Part shown: positions 58,036 to 64,000 of the stretch, in pieces
Position numbering within the stretch: position 1 is the stretch's first letter
How the letters are laid out: every line of letters starts with the position of its first letter
DNA from: Candidatus Latescibacterota bacterium
GTDB lineage: Bacteria > Latescibacterota > UBA2968 > UBA8231
Direction of reading: 5' to 3'
NCBI GenBank assembly: GCA_965206595.1
Contig: OZ242214.1
Location: 6,624,001-6,688,000 of the forward strand
DNA: 64,000 bases
Program-made: the position numbers and the translations under genes
Notes under the pieces: generated by a model
Told to the model about the DNA's origin: nothing
Databases searched by the model: none
The model's input: the letters and a program-made list of their open reading frames with translations, nothing else

Positions 58036-59799
58036 CTACAGGGCGGACGCCAGGGCATCCTCGTAGATCTCCACCTCGGAGGCGTATTTCTCCCGCAAGC
58101 TTTCCACTTCACCTTCGAACAGCCGCTGCTTTCTCAGCCACCTGACGGTGGCGACGACGCGCCGCTCCACCTCCTCGAAGGTGACCTGACGGCGGTCCCT
58201 GGATATGACCCGGAAGACGGAGTACCCGTCAGCCACCTCGAGCGGACCCATGAGCTTTCCGATGGGAGCCTTCCTGACCGCGGCTTCGAGCCCCCCCCAG
58301 GCCGCCTTCTCGAAGGCATACAGCTCGGCCCTGCCGTTCTCGTTCCGGTGATCGAGGGGCCGCCCGGAGCGGCCGGCGAACTCGGCGAACGTCGCGCCTT
58401 CCTCAATCTGCTTTTTCAGGCCCAGTGCCTCCTCCTCGGAGTCCACGAGGATCTCGTCCATGACGAACAGCTCGGGATCGGCGAACATGGAGGCGTTGTC
58501 ATCGAAATACCGGCGTGCTTCGTCCTTGGAGACCTCAAGCCGTCCCTCGAGCACGGTGGTGCGCAGCTCGACAATCAGCAGCCACCTGCGCTGCTTTTCG
58601 AGCCAGGCAACTACCGCCGGCTCCTCGTGTATCTCCGAGCGCACTGCCGCCTCCATGAACATCGCATCCGGCACGAGGAAACGGGTTGCCGCGTCGATGA
58701 CGTCTTCAGCCGTCTCCATGGAATCCGGCCGTTGGCGTCGGACCTTCAGGGCTTCGATCAAATCCCCTGCGGTGATGCTTCCGTCACTGAAGGTGTAGAG
58801 GACTATCGAGTCCTCCTCTTCGGGTGAGAAGGGCTTGTCGATTCTCGTCCGGGAAAGGAAGCGGTCGACGCCGCTTCGATTCAGCTCGAGCCCGTACTCC
58901 CCCGCCAGCTCAGCGGCGAGCTTGTCGCGCGCCTTCCGGAACTTGAGAGTCTGGAATTCCTTCACCACCTCCTGCAACGCCATGGGTCCCAACTGCACCC
59001 TCATCTCGTCGGTCACCTTGACGACCGCCCAAAGTCCCCCGGCGAACCTGATCGCTTGGGATGTTTCACCCACTTCGAGAGAAAAAAGGGCGTCGCGGAA
59101 GACCGGATCGATTTCGACTTTGACGGAAGCCCGTCCCCTGTCTCCCCCGGTTTCCGCGGTGGCCTTGCTCAGCGACATTTCCCGGGCCACCTCCTCGAAG
59201 CTCCTGCCGCCGTCGATTTCGGCGCGGGCACGCTCCGCAGCTTGCATCGATTCCACGATGATCTCGCTGAACCGGATCGCCCGGTCGTGCTCCTCCCTTG
59301 CGACAAACTCCTCGAACTCCTTCGGATCCGTCTCGACCTCGATCTCACGGGCCTGGAAAATGCCGATGAGCCTTTCCTTTCTCGCCTTGCTCAGCCTTGT
59401 GACAAACCGGCGGCTCTGATCGAGACCTCGCGCGTGCGCCTCGAGCCGCAGAATCTCCCTGTCCATCAACGTCTGCAGGTGGTTTTTGGCCCTTTCGATA
59501 CCAGTCCGCTCGCCTCGCAGCTGCTCGGGCATTCTGCCGCTGAATTTTTTAAGATCCGCGGCGGTGATCTCCGCACCCGCCACCCTGGCCACGACCACAT
59601 CCCGGGGCAGGGCGGATTCGGTCGCCGCCGGAGCATCGTTTCCAGACGGAACGGGAACCGGTGCCTTTTCGTCCGGCGGTGCCGAGCAGGCGGCGAGGGC
59701 AAGGACGAGACCTGCGAGCCGCGGTCGGGGAAACACTCGGCGGTGCCCGGGGCATGGAGACGTTGAGGAACCTCTATTTTTACTGAGAATGCTGATCAT
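58036..59799 (-). CDS. PpiC/parvulin-type PPIase lipoprotein (SurA/PrsA-like, two PPIase modules)
   Basis: Lipobox LAAC; VVARVAGAEIT; SFEEVAREMS..GGDRG and TFAEFAG..GPLEVADGYSVFRV. Start moved to MISILS to avoid overlap with the divergent gene. Confidence 0.82.
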   Translation of the reverse strand: MISILSKNRGSSTSPCPGHRRVFPRPRLAGLVLALAACSAPPDEKAPVPVPSGNDAPAATESALPRDVVVARVAGAEITAADLKKFSGRMPEQLRGERTGIERAKNHLQTLMDREILRLEAHARGLDQSRRFVTRLSKARKERLIGIFQAREIEVETDPKEFEEFVAREEHDRAIRFSEIIVESMQAAERARAEIDGGRSFEEVAREMSLSKATAETGGDRGRASVKVEIDPVFRDALFSLEVGETSQAIRFAGGLWAVVKVTDEMRVQLGPMALQEVVKEFQTLKFRKARDKLAAELAGEYGLELNRSGVDRFLSRTRIDKPFSPEEEDSIVLYTFSDGSITAGDLIEALKVRRQRPDSMETAEDVIDAATRFLVPDAMFMEAAVRSEIHEEPAVVAWLEKQRRWLLIVELRTTVLEGRLEVSKDEARRYFDDNASMFADPELFVMDEILVDSEEEALGLKKQIEEGATFAEFAGRSGRPLDHRNENGRAELYAFEKAAWGGLEAAVRKAPIGKLMGPLEVADGYSVFRVISRDRRQVTFEEVERRVVATVRWLRKQRLFEGEVESLREKYASEVEIYEDALASAL

Positions 59800-59887
59800 C
59801 CTTCCTCGTTCCTTCTGTTCCCCGTTTGTGATGGCGTTGCGGCAGGGCTGACTGCGGCGGGATTTAAGGATACAGAACCGATTTAAC

Positions 59888-61930
59888 ATGGCAAACCGGA
59901 CCTGGGTCGCCGCCATCTTCCTAGTCGCCCTTCTGCTGCGTCTGGGTTACCTCGCCGACGTTTCCGAGTCACCCTACTTCGACACCCTTATTCTCGATGC
60001 CGAGGAGTACGACCACCTGGCCGAGGAACTGAGTCGCGGGAACTGGCGGCTCGACGAGAAACAGACCTACGTGCATGGCCTGGGGTATCCCGCCGCCTTG
60101 GCGGCCCTCAAGATCCTGGGCTTCGGACTGACCGGCTTGCGGCTGTGGCAGGCGGTTCTGGGGGCGCTTTCGTGCGTCCTCGTCTACCGCATTGCCCGCC
60201 ACCTGTTCGACCCCGGGGTGGCCGCAATCGCCGGGACTATCGCCGCCGGGTACTGGCCTTTCCTGTTCTTTGGCGGCGAGCTGTTCGCAACCACCTTCTT
60301 CATTTTCATACAACTGCTCCTCGTCGACACCCTGCTCCGCTTCGCCGAGCGCCCCAGCCACGGCGCAGGTGCCGCATCCGGCTTTCTCCTGGGACTGCTC
60401 GTCGCGACCCGCGCAAACGCCCTGCTCGCAATACCAGCGGCCCTCTGGTGGATCTGCCGGTGCTCGGGCCAGAGTTTCTCTTGCGACCGGCAACGACTCT
60501 GGCCTTCCTTCGCGGTCGCCCTCGTGCTGACCCTCTCTCCGTTCGCTCTCCGCAACCATATCGTCCAGGGGGGACCGCTGCCGTTCCAGGGGGCGTGGAG
60601 TTTCTACATGGGGGCCAACCCCGAAGCCGACGGCACCCCCTACGTCCGGCAGGGGTTTCAGTGGCAGCGCCACGAGCTTCTGCCGCTGCGCGCCGGGTTC
60701 GCCGAGCCGGTTTCCAGGGGCTTCTATTACCTGCGGTCCGGAATGCGTTTTGCAGCGGAACACCCCGCGCAATACCTGCATCTACTCTACCGCAAGTTCA
60801 GACTTTTCTGGCACGCATTCGAGATACCCGTGAGCAGCGACCTGTCGTATTACCGGGAACATTCGATCCTGCATCGGATACTCTTGGTCAATTTCGGCGT
60901 CGTCGCGCCCCTGGCTCTGGCAGGCCTGCTCCTGGGTGGATGTCGCGATGCGCGCTATCTCCTTTTGTGGACCTTCGTGCTGGTGTCCCTCGCCACCGGG
61001 ATGTTGTTCACGGTCAGCGCCCGTTACCGCGTCCCGGCTGTCCCGTTCCTCATCGTCATCGGCGCCCACGCATTCTGGGAGCTCGCCGCCCTCGTGCGGG
61101 CGCGGGACTGGCGCAGGACCGCGGTCTTCGTCGCGGTGCTCGCAGCCGCGTCGGCGCTCGTTCACACAGGCGTCGATACAAGGCGGGTCGACCATGTACG
61201 ACCCGGCCTCCTCATGGGGATGGCCCACTACCGGAACGGGGAATACCCCGGCGCGGAACAGGCTTACCTTGAAGGCCTTGCGAAGAACCCCGACGACCCC
61301 GACCTGTTGAACGGCCTGGGAACCGCGTACGCCGCCCAGGGCCGCCATCGCGAAGCGGAAGACGCCTTCGCCAGAGCGATAGCCGTAGCGGATGACTACG
61401 GGCAGCCGCGATTCAACCTCGGGGCCCTGTACCTCCGGCTCGGCCGCCGCCAGGAAGCGATCGCCGCGCTGAAACAGGGGCTGGCAATCGACCTGCGGCC
61501 GATACCCCGGTACCAGGGGAACCTCGCCCTGGGAAACGCCCTCATGCAGGAAGGACAGTTCCGCGAGGCGTCGCGGGCGTTCGAGCGCGCCCTCGGGCAC
61601 CGGCGGGATCCCCACGCCTACTACGGGCTTTCGAACGCCCGCGGCAAGCTCGGGGATGTCGAGTCCCAGGTCCTGGCACTCGAACAAGCAGTAGAGCTCG
61701 ATTCGACCTTCGCCCCGGGGTTGCGCAACCTCGGTGTCCTCTACCTCATACACGGCGAGCCGGAAGCCGCCGAGGCCGCCCTTCTGCAGTCGATCCGCCA
61801 CGATTCCACATCGGCTGTTGCCCACCAGAACCTGTCAGAGCTCTACTCCCGGCGCGGACACCACGAGCGGGCTCGCGCCGCCCTGGACAAGGCCGAACGG
61901 TTGCTGGAACGGGGAATCAGCGAGCGCTAG
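59888..61930 (+). CDS. GT39/PMT-like membrane glycosyltransferase with TPR array
   Basis: LDAEEY, GYPAAL, TRAN, PFALRN and RYRVP; several TPRs. Confidence 0.8.
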   Translation: MANRTWVAAIFLVALLLRLGYLADVSESPYFDTLILDAEEYDHLAEELSRGNWRLDEKQTYVHGLGYPAALAALKILGFGLTGLRLWQAVLGALSCVLVYRIARHLFDPGVAAIAGTIAAGYWPFLFFGGELFATTFFIFIQLLLVDTLLRFAERPSHGAGAASGFLLGLLVATRANALLAIPAALWWICRCSGQSFSCDRQRLWPSFAVALVLTLSPFALRNHIVQGGPLPFQGAWSFYMGANPEADGTPYVRQGFQWQRHELLPLRAGFAEPVSRGFYYLRSGMRFAAEHPAQYLHLLYRKFRLFWHAFEIPVSSDLSYYREHSILHRILLVNFGVVAPLALAGLLLGGCRDARYLLLWTFVLVSLATGMLFTVSARYRVPAVPFLIVIGAHAFWELAALVRARDWRRTAVFVAVLAAASALVHTGVDTRRVDHVRPGLLMGMAHYRNGEYPGAEQAYLEGLAKNPDDPDLLNGLGTAYAAQGRHREAEDAFARAIAVADDYGQPRFNLGALYLRLGRRQEAIAALKQGLAIDLRPIPRYQGNLALGNALMQEGQFREASRAFERALGHRRDPHAYYGLSNARGKLGDVESQVLALEQAVELDSTFAPGLRNLGVLYLIHGEPEAAEAALLQSIRHDSTSAVAHQNLSELYSRRGHHERARAALDKAERLLERGISER

Positions 61931-62236
61931 TCAGGTCCCTGGATGACCTGCAGAAACCGATGGCCCGGAGGTCACGTCAGCCCGACGCTGGATTGGTGAG
62001 ATCTTGCGAACAAGGTTCCCTGCCTGCCGGCCCGCATGTCAGGACGCCACGACGAATGGTTTTCATGTTTTTGGCCCGAACGGACACCATTCCAGCATCC
62101 TAAAAGTCGAGACTCCGGACACACCGCTTTTTTAAGGGTCTCTGCTTGGTGTCCCCTTATGGCGGCGTATATTGGAGGCCGACCTGGGCCGTTACTCGTC
62201 GAGGAGGAGGAAAGACCGAATGAAGGATTCTTCGAT

Positions 62237-63040
62237 CTACATTCCCGCCTGCGACTGGGACTCGGCCGCATCCCTGCCGCAATCGCTTCCTGGCTGGCGG
62301 TACGCCAAGCGCCTAGTGCTGGTGAACGACAGCCAGGCCATCAGGTCGGGATCGGCTCCGAGCATGCGGTGGGCTCCGACCAGGCCGCCGCGGGCGTGGC
62401 CGCGGATGCGCACCGGGTCGAGGTTGTGGAACAGGGACAGGAGCCTGTCCTTCGCGGCCACCATGGCCTCGTAGTCGTACCCCAGATCCGCGGCCATCGG
62501 CGCCACGGATTCCGGCAGGTCGTGAAAGAAGTAGGAGCGGTGATTCATGTGATGGGGGGCGATTTCGTACCCCCACTCCGGCCCGTCCATCACGGCGCCG
62601 TCCGCCATCGGGAAGTGCTCTAGCGTGTCGACCATGCGTGCCACCCGCGACGCCAGCGTCTTGTCGTCGTGCAGGTGGTGGCCCGTACCGCCTGGACCGG
62701 CGCCACCGTCGGCGTACATGCAGTAAACCTGCATACCGCGGTCTTTGGCGGCGTTCATCGTCTTTTCCAGCAGGGCTCTTTTCTCGGGCAGCTTCTGCTC
62801 CGGCGGCGGCGGTGGCTCGACTCCGAGCCGCGTGTACACCGCCGGGTTCGGATCGTACGCCTCCGCCACGATGTCGCCGGTGGGAGCGGACACTGCATCC
62901 TTCGACAGTCTCGAAGTGCCGAAAACGAGTGGTCCGAACACGACTCCGTCGACGCCGCCCTCCGCCCAGGCATCGAGTATGCGCTCATGATCGTTCATCA
63001 CGCTTTCGAGATCGCGCATTACATCCATCCACAGCTTCAT
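62237..63040 (-). CDS. hypothetical TIM-barrel-like protein, possibly 3'-truncated
   Basis: AAGGAGG RBS; GGVDGVVFGP and DGAVMDGPEWGYE; the last ~27 codons look out of character. Confidence 0.6.
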   Translation of the reverse strand: MKLWMDVMRDLESVMNDHERILDAWAEGGVDGVVFGPLVFGTSRLSKDAVSAPTGDIVAEAYDPNPAVYTRLGVEPPPPPEQKLPEKRALLEKTMNAAKDRGMQVYCMYADGGAGPGGTGHHLHDDKTLASRVARMVDTLEHFPMADGAVMDGPEWGYEIAPHHMNHRSYFFHDLPESVAPMAADLGYDYEAMVAAKDRLLSLFHNLDPVRIRGHARGGLVGAHRMLGADPDLMAWLSFTSTRRLAYRQPGSDCGRDAAESQSQAGM

Positions 63041-63070
63041 GGTCAGCCTCCTTGCCTTTTTCGGCGCCCT

Positions 63071-64000
63071 TCAAACGAAGGACCCGCCGATCGGCTGGTT
63101 TCCCTGCACCCCTGTGAAATGGTCGATAACCAGCCACAAGCCGGAGCAGGAGATCTGCCCCAGAATGAGACCCAGGAAGAATGGCCTCGTCGTCCGGTAC
63201 AGGGAAGGCCCGCCGTACTTGAGGACAACCGACTTGATTGCCCATGCGATCATGACGCTGAACCATAAGTAGGTCATGATGAAAAAAGTGCTTATCGCGA
63301 AGCCCAGCGGATGCAGCGGCCACCAGACCAATCGTGCCCGCGCGGCCACGAGGAGCGCCTGAATAAGCCCGCCGGCGCCGGTGAACAGCCAGCCGCTCCA
63401 GCTCGGTGGGGTTGGATTGGCGATGAACTGGGCAATGTTGGTCCCGGCGTTGTGCGGAACCCCAATGAACCAGAATCCGTGCAGATTTACACCCCGTATT
63501 GGTAGGACAGGACGAGTACGCTCCAGAGCGACCCGGACAGGGCGACGAGAACGGCAAGGGCGATCGCCCATTTCAGCCGCTTTCGGCCGCACCCGATCTC
63601 CTGAGCCAGCCTCAGGGCGTTGGCAAATGCCGGCATGAAGAAGATGCGGATATTCGCCGCCCACACGTAGGTCAACCCCAGGGAAGCGATCCCGAAGCCC
63701 CCGATGGCGCTCGTGCCGAACCCTGAGATGACGAAGTCCGCCGGGGTCAGGGGGGTACGGATCACGGCCACCCCGCCCTCGACGACGGCCCGTTTCAAGG
63801 CCACGAAGACGACGAATGCCGCCAACAGGAACACCGGCACGAGCCACAGCGGCATGCCCGCCTTCCACATCCAGGCGCTGACTACGGCGAGTCCCCCCGA
63901 CATCCCGAACACGGCGGTGCGGTACGACAGCACCTCGTCGCTGTCGTCGATGCCGCCGTTCCTTCCCACAGCCTTGCGAAACACGGCCCCCAGATGGCTC
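63071..64000 (-). pseudogene. frameshifted polytopic transporter-like protein (DUF6785/DUF6784-like), 5' end beyond window
   Basis: One frame ends LSYQYGV*; another continues GVNLHGFWF..WWPLHPLGF..LKYGG..RPFFLGLILG. One extra G in the run at 63492-63495 joins them. Confidence 0.7.

Overview
High-GC bacterial chromosomal window. The gene content (SprA-like translocon, FlgD/CHU_C-tailed secreted proteins, a TWGxIK-tailed protein, several Gfo/Idh/MocA, PhyH and HpcH enzymes) suggests a non-Bacteroidota FCB lineage such as Ca. Latescibacterota; this is inference only. In order it holds: leuA (partial) and ilvC with a candidate Leu/Ile leader peptide and a short repeat array; catabolic enzymes; a minus-strand run (RraA, methyltransferases, Fpg/Nei, PLP enzyme, O-antigen ligase, anmK, PreP peptidase); a TroABCD Mn/Fe ABC operon whose two permeases both carry DtxR-like tails; feoAB; sprA-comEA-pilM-like-hypothetical-coaD-obgE-dprA-tauD; lptFG; and an uncharacterised envelope module (43.5-62 kb). 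That module has a CBM9/DOMON-like protein, two paralogous proteins with T9SS-CTD-like tails and two paralogous ~930-aa putative outer-membrane proteins, next to two GT39-TPR glycosyltransferases and a PpiC lipoprotein. It is the best candidate for an undescribed system. No rRNA, tRNA, CRISPR array or intact transposase was recognised. All calls come from motif reading, not database searches.
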